DNA of 63,868 bases, counting the filler, from Choristocarpus tenellus KU-1152 (taxonomy: Eukaryota > Protista > Phaeophyceae), in NCBI GenBank assembly GCA_964200185.2. It is 13 parts of 13 records of this genome, joined end to end, with 100 filler letters (N's around TTAATTAATTAA, not from the genome) between each part and the next. Parts side by side here need not be neighbours in the genome. Positions count along the whole stretch, not along the records: positions 22,872 to 31,912 come from CAXNAD020004054.1; positions 32,013 to 34,726 come from CAXNAD020025375.1; positions 34,827 to 38,083 come from CAXNAD020021225.1; 10 more parts are not named here. The stretch is one strand, 5' to 3'. Positions 24,922 to 37,623 of the stretch are shown here, piece by piece. Positions within the stretch are counted from its first letter, which is position 1, and each line of letters opens with the position of its first letter. The translations under genes were made by a program, and so were the position numbers. Below the pieces are notes generated by a model, which saw nothing but the letters and a program-made list of their open reading frames with translations, was not told the origin of the DNA and did no database searches.

Positions 24922-25208
24922 AGGGTTCACACGATAAACAGTTGTACATAGGCCATTGCCCCGATTGGCCTTGATGACTTTAGCGAGGAGAGTATAACCT
25001 GTCTCCCCTCGGTTCCCTGCCTCCCTCTATGCAATGAGCTATATCTGGAACGAGGAGTCCGTTGCATCATGGCTCTTGTCCTCTCTACATTCCTATGGTG
25101 TTGTAGGTAATGCTTGGTGATTTGGTAGTCGACATCCAAATCACCAAGGATTACCTTAGGCCAATCGGTGTAGTGGCCTATGTACGACTGGTTGTAGTGC
25201 GATTCCCT
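24922..25208. repeat. ~50-bp imperfect inverted repeats with an internal 13-bp perfect hairpin (probable MITE)
   Basis: AGGGTTCACACGATAAACAGTTGTACATAGGCCATTGCCCCGATTGGCCT pairs with AGGCCAATCGGTGTAGTGGCCTATGTACGACTGGTTGTAGTGCGATTCCCT. The inner hairpin CTTGGTGATTTGG...CCAAATCACCAAG is at 25113-25148. Confidence 0.65.
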
Positions 25209-25371
25209 TTCAAAAGCTTGGTACAAAAGGCTGCATTGCCGAGAGCTGTTGGGTTATATGGTCAACATACACTGATCATTATTGATCTGGTGTTGTGTGT
25301 ACGTATCTTTCCAACCTTACGCACTACAAAAATGACTAATCATACCCCTATGTATGCATTGATGTTCCTCA

Positions 25372-26874
25372 TCAGGCCGTTTTTGTTGTCCCTCCTGTGT
25401 GATGGTCACTTGCAAATTCAATATTCTTTGTTCTAGTTGTCTTTTTTGTCTCTGCTGAACCCACAAAGGATGCGGTCGCTGCAGCCCTTCCTCTTGTGGG
25501 GGCTTTCTCTGACACCCGGGAGAACGCCAGAACAGAAACACTGGCTAGTGTCAGAGCGTCCAGTGAACCATGATCCATTACACAATGGGTTCCAGAGTCC
25601 AGTTCATCATATGATACACCACAAACTAATAGACACTTGGCAATGTCCTGATGAGGCGATAGTCAAGGCATGCGGAATGGCAAAGGTGAGAGCGCACAAA
25701 GTGATATATAAGCGAAAATTTGCCTGTTCCTACTGGGATAGCATCGGGATATGGGCGATGGTTGCTGTTGCGAAATACTGTCATGTCGCAATTTGAAAGT
25801 TTTTGTAGTGTATCACTGGGGTGATCAATCAGAGAGCGGGTATGGTCATCGAAAGGCGAAACATTCTCACCGGCATGAGGCGGGTCATGTTTTTCATGTG
25901 TCCCCATGAATCGCCACCTCCTGCATCCATGACGTGCACACAGTAGCGAGAGTGGTATCGTTCTGGGGACCCTTGATATAGTACAAAATGCGCCCCGTAG
26001 ATAAGTCCACTATGTACAGTGTAGCTGACAAGCACACAGGTATGAGAACAAAAGGCGTTATTAGTAGCATGTATTTCACGTTCTGGTGCACCATAACAGA
26101 CAGTACCTTCCTCATCAAGCGAAACTGTGAGAAAGGTGGGGGTTTGGTGGTACGAACTCCATCGAAACACTTGTCCAACAAACAGGTCAATGGGCGTAAG
26201 CATTTCCGTCAACCTACCCACCCCAAATCACGAAAATGGCGGAAAACAGCGAATGTCGATGGAAAGGAAGGTTGCCGAGTGCAGCAATAGTTCCAGGCCT
26301 CTTTGGATCCAAGAAGAGCGAGATCAGTTATGCACAGGTCTTGGCTTGTCATCCTTTCTCCCCCATCCACCTGCCCTCGCTTCCCCCCACAAGCAAGCCC
26401 TGAGAAAATCCCAGGCGGTACCACCGCCAGTGCAAGACTTGTATCCACATGTAGTAGGTAAAATGCCTGCAAGAAAGAAATGCGAGAAAAGGAGTTATGT
26501 AAGCCACAACGAAGGTAGGTCTCAACCTTAGAGCCTCCTCAGGTCAACAGCACGACTGTTTAATGATGCAAACACGCACCTCTTCAAGCGAGAGCTGGAG
26601 GCACCTCCTCACCCTTGAAGTCCCTGATGTAAGAATACCACCCGCCTGAATTCACGAAGAGAAAGTTGTAAGAGGGAATGAACAAAACAGTAGAGATTTT
26701 AACAAAGAAAACTAAAATCGAATTATGTCTTACAATCTTCCCGAAATTTCGACCCAAAATAGAGTCGACACTTGAACAGTCGTTCCTTGTCCTCGTTGCC
26801 TCCTTGCCATGGACAAACGTAGAAGTGAGAGCAAGGTATGCGAGGTTACCGTAGAAGACAGCAGTTGGACTCAT
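25372..26874 (-). CDS. SEN2: tRNA-splicing endonuclease catalytic subunit Sen2, complete 5-exon model
   Basis: Exons 26874-26734, 26645-26580, 26466-26222, 26024-25871 and 25647-25372. Motifs: NFGK, LQLSLEE|AFYL, FAVFRHFRDLG|YTVHSGLIYGAHFVLYQGSPERYHSRYCV, RLMP|DIAKCLLV. The Tyr/His/Lys catalytic triad is present. Confidence 0.88.
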
Positions 26875-27843
26875 GGTTGACTCGAAATACTACTACATAT
26901 TGGAAGGACACCTCCAAAAGAAAATCCTTACCCTAACCCTAATGTCCGTCTGTTGGTTGTTGATTATTTCATTGATTATTTCATTGATGTATTGAGATGT
27001 GGAGGTGGTACCAATAGAGGAGTAGCATGACAGCTGTACTGACACACCGGGGCTGGCGTGGTGGAGTAACTGGTGGATTCTTGGAGAGAGTTCGGAGTCT
27101 CAAGAGGGGCCACTCCAGCAGGTACGGAAACAAATGCGCACGACAAAGTAATCTGCAAGAACATGACATTCCTTTACCCTTGAAGTCAACCTCGCACTAG
27201 TAATGATTTCACACCTTGTAACTGCCACATGGGTCACCCAAAGCATTCACGTGGGAGGAATGCAATGATGTAGGAGGTATGCATCCATTCTATACTCCCA
27301 TATATGCAAGCATACTAACTTGAAACCACAGGGCTGATTCTGGAGGAGACTCCTGGCTGGATAGAGGTGATGCTTCGAGGCAGGATCTTGCTCGTGCCCT
27401 AGGGGTTCACAATCTGGACGACTCTATGTGTCGTCTCATGGAGGTGCGGGAGTAGAAGTGATAGAGTAGGGTGAACCTCCTAGCATCCGCGGTATGGGCT
27501 TTGGGATCTATGATCATGATGAACTCTAAGGCGACTAACAACAGTAGAGAAACTGAACACTATGCAACTACTGTATAAAGTACATATTGTTGACTGGAAA
27601 GAACCTACTTGTTATCTCTAGGTCCTCATAGTTTATGTAAGCGAGGTTAGCCCATTAGTAAAGATGCCGTATACCCTGTTCGATTTATGTATGCGGTCTT
27701 GGATGTATAAATCTACACTCGGAATCTCTCTGCATCGATTTCTTTTTAGTCTTTTTCTGCAGAGGCAACCTGGCATATCTTGAACCAAGAACAAAAAAAG
27801 AGGTAGAATGGGCAACTGATGCCCTCATGTATGCAGGGGATCG

Positions 27844-30800
27844 ATGTCGCTGGAAGGTCCATTTGCAGAAGCCCCCCCATGGAGGGTAGTGGGTGTAGAT
27901 TATCGTTCTTGTTTATTCGATAGTGGTGTCAACAAATCTACATATCCCTGTGTCTCAGGTACTGGACCGTAGCTCTCAACTTTTTCGCAGCAGCCCGGAT
28001 TTCGCAATACCAGAGGTCCGCTTCTCACAAATCGGTGAGTGTTGACTTTCAGCAGACTGAAGTAAGACTAGGAAGAGTGCTGGGCATATTTTGCAGTTTA
28101 GGTGAGGGTATAGGGCAAAAGCATGGAAGGAACCAATATTTTTACTTGCACACAGCACACACACGCCCACAATTGTTACAGAAATTCTGTTCTGACGGGA
28201 ATGTCCCTTGGCTTGCAGCCTGTTTCAAGATTTGTCTCTTGAAGAAAAAATCATATAATATAGTTAATAAACCGTGTTCCATCTCTACCGCCATCTCATT
28301 TGATCTCTACCGCAACCCGGTACTCCACAACTACTTGCATGCAATTAAACCATATCTTCTAATCAGCTTGTCCCGCACTCCAGTGCTTGCTATGTGACTA
28401 CATTCTTCTGCTTTTTGGAGTGTCCTCTCGTTTGTGTTGCCGTATCTGCCCACCCTCCCACAACTTCTCCCTGCCCCGCTACCCTTGATCAAGGCATTGA
28501 CAAATGTCCCCTACCTCGACTTGTAATTCATGTACGCCCCCTGCAGAGGATGGGAGACTACCGTACTACGTGACACGACAGATCAATCGCAGGGGTATTA
28601 TAGTGGTACGAGGCGTTGTTCCAGAAGCTACAGCACTCAAATGGCGAGACAGTGTTCTGGTGCGTGTGCCTGCATGCTGTGCGCATGTGTAGAGTGTGTG
28701 TCGTAAGCTATTTCAATGGGAAAGGTTGTTGTACTTCAAGTTCCATTTTGTTGTTATTGTTGTTGTGCATGTGTGTTTTTGATTCCGTTTGATAGTTGGG
28801 GGACAAGGCACTAAGAGGTGTGACTATCTGCCCTAATGGTACCGAGGCATCTCGGTATTTGACAGAAAGAATTGTGCATGGCATTAAAACCTTGCTGGTT
28901 GCTGCTGTTGCCTGATAATGCTCGTTGCTGATTCATCATTCTAATGAAGACTGTTTTACCTGGCCCACTGCCTTGCTTAACTGAGCTACTAATCTGAAAC
29001 CTATTGCTCAGTACAGCTTCCATGTTATCCCTGCTTCTTGTGTCCTGCAGGAATATCTGGAGATAAACGGCCATAGTACACACCATCCAGGGGTGAGTAG
29101 CAACACCTAACAGTACATACACAATGTCCTTCAATCCGCAATTGCTCAAAGGTTCTGCTCATTTAGGCAGCATTTAGAGTTTCAGGTCACTACATCTCAA
29201 GGGACTCCAAGATGTTTTTCAGCAGAATCAAGGATAGGAAACGCTCCCTGTAGGGAGTTTGGGGTGGGGAGAGTTGACTGGTGTGTCACTTTCCTTGGCA
29301 GGTATTTCTTTCGCGGCAACAATTGGGATATCTGTGAGCAATTGTACTTTCGCCCCTCTCAAACATGTATGATGAACTCATTGACCCGCTTACTTTTTCT
29401 TTTTTTTTCTATCAGGTCCGATCACTATTTTGGTCCCAAGCGCAGGTACAGGCAAGGGAGCACACCGGGGTTAGGAACGTTTTATCGGCGCTGAATCGAC
29501 TTTGGAAACCTGATGCTTCCTCCGTCATTGACCTGACCAAGAGCCTGAGGTAGTTTTTATTTTTATTTTCTGCAGATGAAGGAATTTTTATTCTGTGCTC
29601 CTCTGAAAGTGGTGGTTGTTGTGGGGAGGGGGGATTGAGAGGAGACGAGTGAGGGGGGAGACTTACGCCTTTTTTGGCTTGGGTAAGTCACGCACACTAA
29701 TGTAATCGTACCGCTTAACCACGCTGTCACTGGAAGGGCTGATGACTCGGGGCACACAATCGTTTTTTAAGGGGGGACAACTTTCTATTGGTGGGCATTA
29801 GTTGTGCTTGATAGTTGTGGATGTGAGGAAAAGTACAGTATTGTGTGCTCTCTACTGGAGCGTAGCTCCATCCGCAAAGATCTCTATCCCCATCTGTCCT
29901 CTTTACACACACTCCTATGCCCCATCAAAATGCTGTTCTTCCTTGCCCGCTGCATACCACTGAATGAAATTTGGTTGCCAAATTCTGGTGTTTGTCCAGC
30001 TCCTGTGACCGTTTGTTTGTGGGAAGGCCATCCTCCCCCAGCTATCACAAGGGTCCGGTGATGGCGGGGGGGGCAGCCTCTGCGTGGCTCTGCCCGCAAC
30101 ACAGAGAGGTGAATAATAGTGGAGTGTATTATATGTACATACATGACATGATCGGTCCCTGTTATGCTGTGATTTAGGGTGTGAAACTGGGGTTTTGATC
30201 TAGAAGAGAGAAGTGCTTCTTGCTTTGCCTCCCTCCCCCCCAAGCCTCATTACCTTTTTTTAATCTCTTCGTGTGACTAGTAGGTATTGGAAACTGGGTG
30301 TTGGTAGTGCTTGGAAGTGGGGTTGCTGATGCTATTTGATTCCTCTTATTTTTCTGCTGAATTGAAGCGACAAAGCCAGTGATAATAGTGTACCTATACT
30401 TCAAATGCATGGCCTGGTGTGTGCTTTTTGGATGGAGTGTTGCGTACTCTGGTTGTTTATTTCTGTATGAAAATTGCTTGTGCTGTATTAGATAGCTTTG
30501 TTTGACTTTTGGAATGGATATTGCTGTTAAGACCTATATAGCATCGGAGCGAGGCATAGGTACTGTACAGATAGTGGTGTGTTGTATCTCCCATAACTTG
30601 GGTGTGGGTTCTTGACTTCCCATCGTAATAACATTTATTTTTTCTTTCCCAACAGTAGTGTACAGGTAATGGAGATTGTGCCAAGAGTGGTTTCGTTGGC
30701 ATATGTTATTGTGACAATGCAGTGGTGGTGGTTTGGGGTTTGAGGTCATGCAGTAGTCAATGGGGTGACTTGATACTTCATTGCATCTACCTTGCAGGTC

Positions 30801-31271
30801 TCCTGTCACTGATGGTATAATAGAGATATTATATAGGCAGATGATGTGCGACTACTTGCATCCCTTGTGTATAGTGGGGAGCGGGTTAAGGTACTCTTCC
30901 CACTTCTCCCCCCTCACCATGCCAGATACGAATTCCGGAAAGGTGAATTTCCCCCCGCTCCCCTGCCCCAACCCCTTCTTCAAATGGTGAACCCACTCGC
31001 ATGACAGGCATACAGTGAGATATACAATGGACACTGGGAAGAATGGGACCCGTTTAGATCTGGGCCTAGAGTGGCTGCAGCCAACGCAGCATGGAACAAG
31101 GCGCATTTATCTCCTCAGAAAGGGGCAGGGGGGGAAAGCGGTGGAGAGGGTGATGGAGTGGGGGGCCTGAGAGAAGCAGCAAACCCTGTCGCTTGGGAGC
31201 AAAGGATGCCGAACATGTTCACTCCATTCAAGGGCTATCTATCGTTTGCACACTGGGGGGAAAATGCTCAG
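27844..31271 (+). CDS. DUF1479 / Gig2 / YbiU-family 2OG-oxygenase-fold protein; start uncertain, 3' end missing
   Basis: Exons (27844-27885 tentative), 27959-28034, 28547-28659, 29051-29092, 29416-29549, 30000-30108 and 31008-31271. Motifs: IPEVRFSQI, INRRGIIVVRGVVPEATALKW, LFWSQAQVQAREH, LNRLW, CDRL, IYNGHWEEWDPF, MFTPFKGYLS. Confidence 0.8.
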
Positions 31272-32012
31272 GTGGGTGTTCGTGCCTGTTTCCTATTTAG
31301 TTTTATGTGTGGAACAGTTATGATTGGTTGTTAGGCATAGGGTCGGGATTCTCTCTGTTTTGGCCCTCACTGTCCTCAGTTGTGCCCACCAAACGTACTG
31401 AACCAAGTGATGTTTGTAGCGTTTTGTAATCGGGGTCCAAGATGTACGCTTTTTAGAAGTGGTCCCTGAATAACTCCGCCCATGGTGCCCCTAATTGACT
31501 GCATATTGTTGTGTTCAGTGTATTGTTGGGAGATGTATATGCGCTATAGACCCACTGTAGGTTGTTGGAGTTCCAGTGTGTCCGTTACGGCGTTCTTTGT
31601 ATGTCGGTATGATTGCCATGTCGTTACAGTGTGTAACAAATCTCCTCCTGTCGATAAAGTACGGTCTTGTCTTAATGGTTACTTTGCTGAAGGTCTTGAA
31701 TGTGTTGAGTGTGGGGGAGAGAGCTTGTCAACCCCAACTCCTGCTGGGATTGCTCTGTCACCATTGCATTGTGTGTCATTGGGGAATAAGACGTTTTCCA
31801 TCCCTCCCAGTGAAAATCCCTTTGCCTCGCATGACCATATGTTATCTTCAACTTTATTCATAAACTCCACACCCTCCTCCACCCGTCATCACTCATCATA
31901 CTATTGATAACTNNNNNNNNNNNNNNNNNNNNNNNNNNNNNNNNNNNNNNNNNNNNTTAATTAATTAANNNNNNNNNNNNNNNNNNNNNNNNNNNNNNNN
32001 NNNNNNNNNNNN

Positions 32013-33030
32013 CACGCTCCACCCCATTTGGGACCCCTACGCCAAACTGCCACATTCCAGCGAAATGTTCCTCCAGGTAGGGTCACAAGTCTGCACAGAA
32101 GGCTGAAGCACATGCCCTTCTAAAGAAAGAGCCACAGGCAACCGTGTGGCACTTTTCTCTGATTACAGATAGTCTGGAGGTTGTGTGGAGCTTCTAAAAC
32201 TCCAGATGTAAAGAGTCCGGGGAGGTGCGGGCTAGCTCCAAAAGCTTCACAAACGCCTCCGCCACTTTTTCATGGTCAACATCTGTCGTGATGGCCAATC
32301 AGATATGGCTCAACGCATCCCATTGGGGCCTGGACCGGAGTTGCTGTTTGCTCTCGTGAAGGCCGTCCACAGGGAGGTGGGGGTGTACTCCCACTGTGGG
32401 GGGCAGTACTGTTTTTTCCAGACCTTGTATCCCTTTGTACCCTATCCTTTGCTTCCGTTATGGCTTGCCAGGCTCTTAAGGATTCTCGTTCGGTTGCTTG
32501 GGGACCAGTACCCTGAACGTCTCTCCTGTCCGGGCTCTGGGCTGTGATAAGAGAACACTTCACTGCCATAGAGATACCTCTGTGGTGGTGACCAAGTGCT
32601 ACAGCTTCTTGCTGGGGGAATGTTGGGTCATCTTGGGGAGGTTCCCGACGTCCGCTGGTCCTTTGGGATCGTTCTAGTAGCCATGCTACCAACTCCTGGA
32701 TGCTCCCTGATGCTGCACAGGCAAACCTTTTCTCCTTCAAGAATTTTCCATCATTGATCCGTAAAGGTCAGAGACCAGATGGAGGAGCTTGGACGCTCTG
32801 ATAGACCCTACTGTCAAGATCCCCCCTCCTAGCCTTGGGGCGGCTACTTTATGGACCAGGAGATCCACTGAGTGCATGAGGGTGATCGCATGGGAGTTGC
32901 GAAGCTTCTTAACCGTGGTGATGTTTACCCGCTCAAGGATCTTCACCTGGACTTGGTCAAGGGCAGAAGCAACACAGTACATACTATAAGGGAACTCAAT
33001 ATACTCATTTTTCCTTACAACTAACAACGG
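32013..33030 (-). mobile_element. Possible degenerate gag-like retroelement fragment
   Basis: Intronless, frameshifted helical ORFs (32737-33027, 32276-32740); no diagnostic motif. Confidence 0.25.
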
Positions 33031-33249
33031 TACAACAACAATCTAGTGGTAGTGGTGTAATACGCAACACAGACAGACCTTCCTATACAACAACTACACC
33101 ACATAAAAGAAACAAATGATACACTGACTGTATTTGTATATTACTCTTACGTACACTACCTATGAATCCCAAGTATAGAGAAAACACTCTAACTGGTGAT
33201 GTGACCAGGCATTGCTGGTACCATGACTATAATTTTAATTTTATTATAT

Positions 33250-33360
33250 TATTATGCCCTCTTTGACATTTTGCAGATGTTTCAGAGGAAAAAACAATGA
33301 AAATCATTCAAATGTCAGAACAACCCCAAATAAAGTAACAGTTGTCATAAATATGAAAGG
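33250..33360. repeat. Left arm of TIR family D
   Basis: Similar to 43366-43470 (ttattatgccctct...agatgt.tcag...aatgaaaa...atgtcag...cataaat.tgaaa). Confidence 0.55.
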
Positions 33361-34853
33361 CATTTTTCTATAATTATTTACTATTTTACTACCAGGTACA
33401 CTACACCGCTGCCTTCCTGTGCCTCCAACTTAGCTTATTATTATATTCCTCCAGTTTCCAGTTAACCCAACCCTGTTCTTGGCATTGTTAGGATGACTCT
33501 GTCCACCTAGTTCAGATGGTAGTCCTCCAGTATGCAAGTCAAGACCAGATTTTCTTCGTGGAGATTTGAAATTTGACTTTGATAGACAATGTGGCAACTA
33601 TATTGAGGACATACACCTGTACCTCATAATCTTGTACTATACCACAAAAAGGGATGAGGAAGATCTGAGTCGTGGAGGGGAAATATCTTTGTGGCTGGAG
33701 GGGGGGGAGTACACACAAGTACACACCAGATTCGAGGGAGGAGGCGGAGCGAGGACTGGCGGGACTGCTGAATGCATCATGCGAAAAAAAATCGAGGCAC
33801 GCACAGGGCAGTGCAATTTGTTGTAGTGAGTGCAACAGCTAGCTCGTAGGGTAGGAACAATAGCAATGTGTGCATTGCTGTCACCTGACCATCGGTCAAG
33901 GGCTAGGTAGGGTGGAGGTAGTTGAGGAATGTCCAGACTGCAAGTGAGCGAATAATAATGCATCCACCTTCAGTCAGATGCTGTCCAAGAAGTTGAGGAG
34001 TAGAATGAAAATTTGGTTGTCGAGCTTAGTTCCTTCACATGTTACAATACTTCCAGATGACGAAAAAAAGCATGACCTGAGGAGCAGAAATAGTCGAAAC
34101 ACGGCGGGTAGGTTTGGTCAAGCGTGGACAGGATGAAGATGTCCTTTACTCACCACCACTTGATGATCATGTCCTTGAAGTCACCTCTCCCACCATCCAC
34201 GCTAAGACTTACTACGAGTTTGAGGGAATCAACTTCCACTCAACGCTGACTAATACACCATCTGTTGACAATAATGAATTCCACTTAGTAGCACTTGGAT
34301 TTACACAACGATTTACAAGGGAAGCCATGGTAGAGTGCTTTAATCCTCTAGGGTCGGGCTGCAACATATCAGCATGGAAAGCAGGGGCATGTGCGCACTG
34401 TTCTGTACCATGCCGGCTGCATGTAGAATGTCTTGTCATAACAACTTCGTCTCCAGATATCAACCGGTTCTGACAACTGTACACGCCTTCAAATTTCGTC
34501 ATGATCTTGTTTTAGATCGTCGTAAGTGCCATTCGAACTTAGGGGAGGGTCTGTTTTGGTCCATTCGAGCATTTGTTGATTTTTCAACCTCCTGTATCAC
34601 ACCATTCCCACGTACCTGAAATACACCAAACTCCCCTTGGGCCATCAGGGGGCTGTTGTTACAGGCGCCCCTCAATGCTCACCTTCCAGGATGTACAACT
34701 CAAATCCAACGACCTCAAAACGACGCNNNNNNNNNNNNNNNNNNNNNNNNNNNNNNNNNNNNNNNNNNNNTTAATTAATTAANNNNNNNNNNNNNNNNNN
34801 NNNNNNNNNNNNNNNNNNNNNNNNNNTTGTGTGTTCCTTATCGTGATAATATT

Positions 34854-35031
34854 GGCTCAAAGTATTTGGGGGGGGGGTGGTAACTGTCCAATTGGGAACA
34901 ATTTTTTAATGTCGCAGTTTTGGGGTGATTTGGTTGCATAAGTTGGATGGAAAATGTAAGTGCACTTTCCTGGTTACTGGTCAAATGGACATCCTGGTGA
35001 AGAGCCCCCCCCCTCCCCAGATACTTGGGTC
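34854..35031 (+). mobile_element. MITE family B copy
   Basis: GGCTCAAAGTATTTGGGGG...CCCCAGATACTTGGGTC. Confidence 0.8.
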
Positions 35032-36174
35032 TGTTGACGGCCTGGAATATAATTCATTTATATTTTGTGGATTGAGAGAGAAATCCTCCGAACGTAGGAA
35101 TTCAAGGATGTAATCGATATAATATAAATAAGGAAGATATTCGTCTGTACGACAAGGGAAATAGTGAACAGTAGTGTTGGAAGTTTAGCTCTACGGCATG
35201 AAAAGGAATAGGAAGTATATAGAGTATGTTGTAAGAGAAGTGATCGAAGGAACGAAAGGGAACTAGTTTTTGTATGATCTGGCGAGGACGCATTTCATCC
35301 CCGATTATGAGATAATATCTTGAGAAGGTCAATCAAGAGGAGGACAGAGGGGAAACCAAAGAGAAGAGTGAGAGAAAACAGGGGGAGACTTGCAGATTTG
35401 TGAGGTCTGAGGAATCTGTCCCTACTCACTCACCCCCTTCCTTACAACTGGCCCTCTAAACACATGTGGGAGTGGAATAGGGTAGAGAATTCGTGTTTTG
35501 GTGGGTTGGATGCTTTCGAAATCCAGAGAATTATTACAGGATGTACTATGTTGTGGCATTACTTGTTGTGGTGAAGTATGATCACCTATGTCGATCTTGT
35601 AGGTATGGCGCTTTGGATTATCGCAATTGATTCGTGATCTACTACTACTCACAATGATCTGGCGGAGTTTACATAACATCAATCGTGTGAAATGATGTAT
35701 GGGTAATTGATTGTTTCCACTTCATTCGGTGGTGTAATACGACGATATGGTGATGTTTCGAATTGGTAATTGACGGTGTTGGAATATTCACAGGTAATCG
35801 GAGTGGATAAAATGTACGTATACAGGCACACTTCAACTATTATTTAATGCATGGAGCGAATGGTCCAAATTGTGTTTTGTGAAGAGGTGTCACCAATCCA
35901 ACATTGTTGAAGGTCATCCAACAAGACAAGAAAACCCTGAAGAATTTGATATAGGGAGACGGAAACCAAGGACTAGTACCTTGATCCTCGACTGCAGGGA
36001 GGAGAAGAAGGTTAGCTGACAGAATTGTTGGACACTACTCGAAGAAGGAGAACGCAGGACGGAAGAGGAAAACTTGTAAATCTTCATAATTTTGATGAAT
36101 TTCGTAGAGGAAAGCAAACTCGTCGATGACCACAACACAGGATCCGCAGGAAATCCTTTTTTTTTTAAGTCATT

Positions 36175-37623
36175 GTGCAAAATTTGCTTGCCTTGACGGG
36201 CCATGGAGGGTATTTATTTGTTGCCAGTGTGAGTCGATTGTGGAGGGACGTATGGGGTCAGGAGAAGCCGGACACCAAAGTTGAGGAAGTGGTGATGAGT
36301 CCCTCTCACCTTCGGTGGGCCAGAGGCTGCGGTTTCCTTTACAACGTGTCAGCCTGTCAAGCGTCTGCGAGAGGGGGCCACCTTGATACCCTCATTTACC
36401 TCAAGATAACTGGTTGCGGCTGGGATAGGCACACGTGTTCTGCAGCTGCAATGGGAGGGCATATCGATGTCCTCAAGTGGGCAAAGTCTAAAGGATGCCC
36501 TTGGGACAAGGAAACCTGTGCCGCTGCTGCCACCTGTGGGCGAATGGATATATTGCTATGGGCCAGGTCGAAAGGATGTATCTGGGACAAATCGACCTGC
36601 TCGTCCGCAGCCCTAGGAGGGCATCTGGATGTCCTACGGTACGCAAAACGTATGGGCTGTCCGTGGGATACGCCAACCTGTGAACTCGCAGCCAGAGGGA
36701 GACACCTCGAGATCTTGAAGTGGGCCAGAATACGGATGATGTTTCCCTGGAATGAGTCAACCTGCTCAAGTGCTGCAGAGGGAGGGTATATCGAAATCTT
36801 GAAGTGGGCTAGGGCAAATTATTGCCCTTGGGATGGGTCCACCTGCAAGAGTGCTTCCATGGGGGGACACCTGGAGGTGTTGAAGTGGGCTCGGGCAAAT
36901 GGATGCCGCTGGGACGAACGAACATGTGCCTGTTGTTGGGACCTGAAGATTTTGCAGTGGGCCAAAGCCAACGACTGCCCCTGGAATGTCCCGACCTGCT
37001 TGTGGGCTGCTAGATGTGGACAGGTAGATATGTTGGAGTGGGCTATTGACAACAGTTACCCCAATGACTGGTTTCGTGTTAGTTGTGAGGCTGCATCCAA
37101 TGGTCACCTGAGTGTCTTGGAGTGGATCTGGACAAAAAACCCTAAGGTGGGCATAGTTCAGTCGTGGGAGGACTTGGCTATCTTGGCAGCCTCAAATGGA
37201 CATCTTGGAGTTGTGAGGTGGGCATGGGAAAATGCTATCCCATTCTGAACCTCTCGTGTGTTGCAATGTGCTGCCATTAGTATATACGTGCACATTTTGC
37301 GGTGGGCGCGCACAGCTGGGATACCCTAGGATGCGCAACTGTACGAGACAACAGCAACAAGGGAGGAAATGACTGTGTTGATGTTCATCCAGCGTGAGGA
37401 GGGGCAGAATGAAGGGGAGTTTTGGTCGCATCATTTGTGGGATCAGGTTATTGATTCAGTGTCGGTGTTTGCGGTGCGGAGAGGGTGCCTGGACTTGTTG
37501 AGAAATATATTCTTTCACCGCACAATAGATGTACGCCGTCTGCTTGACCTCGTGACAGGTAAGACAACTACTACTATAGAAGTGCAAAATTGGGCAAGAA
37601 CTGTTAGTAGTTTTGTTGTTTGA
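36175..37623 (+). pseudogene. Intronless ankyrin-repeat gene (GCPWD..TC.AAA.GGHLEVLKWAR type), disrupted
   Basis: The 357-aa ORF has about 10 repeats of ~25 aa. There is no ATG start and an in-frame TAA lies just upstream. After the stop at 37248 repeat-like text continues in another frame (HILRWARTAGIP*DAQLYETAA...) into ORF 37369-37623. Confidence 0.75.

Noticed and set aside
33195-33235. CA|TGGTACCAGCAATGCC on the minus strand as an LTR end plus primer-binding site
   Set aside because: I cannot match it to a tRNA 3' end and no paired LTR is visible.
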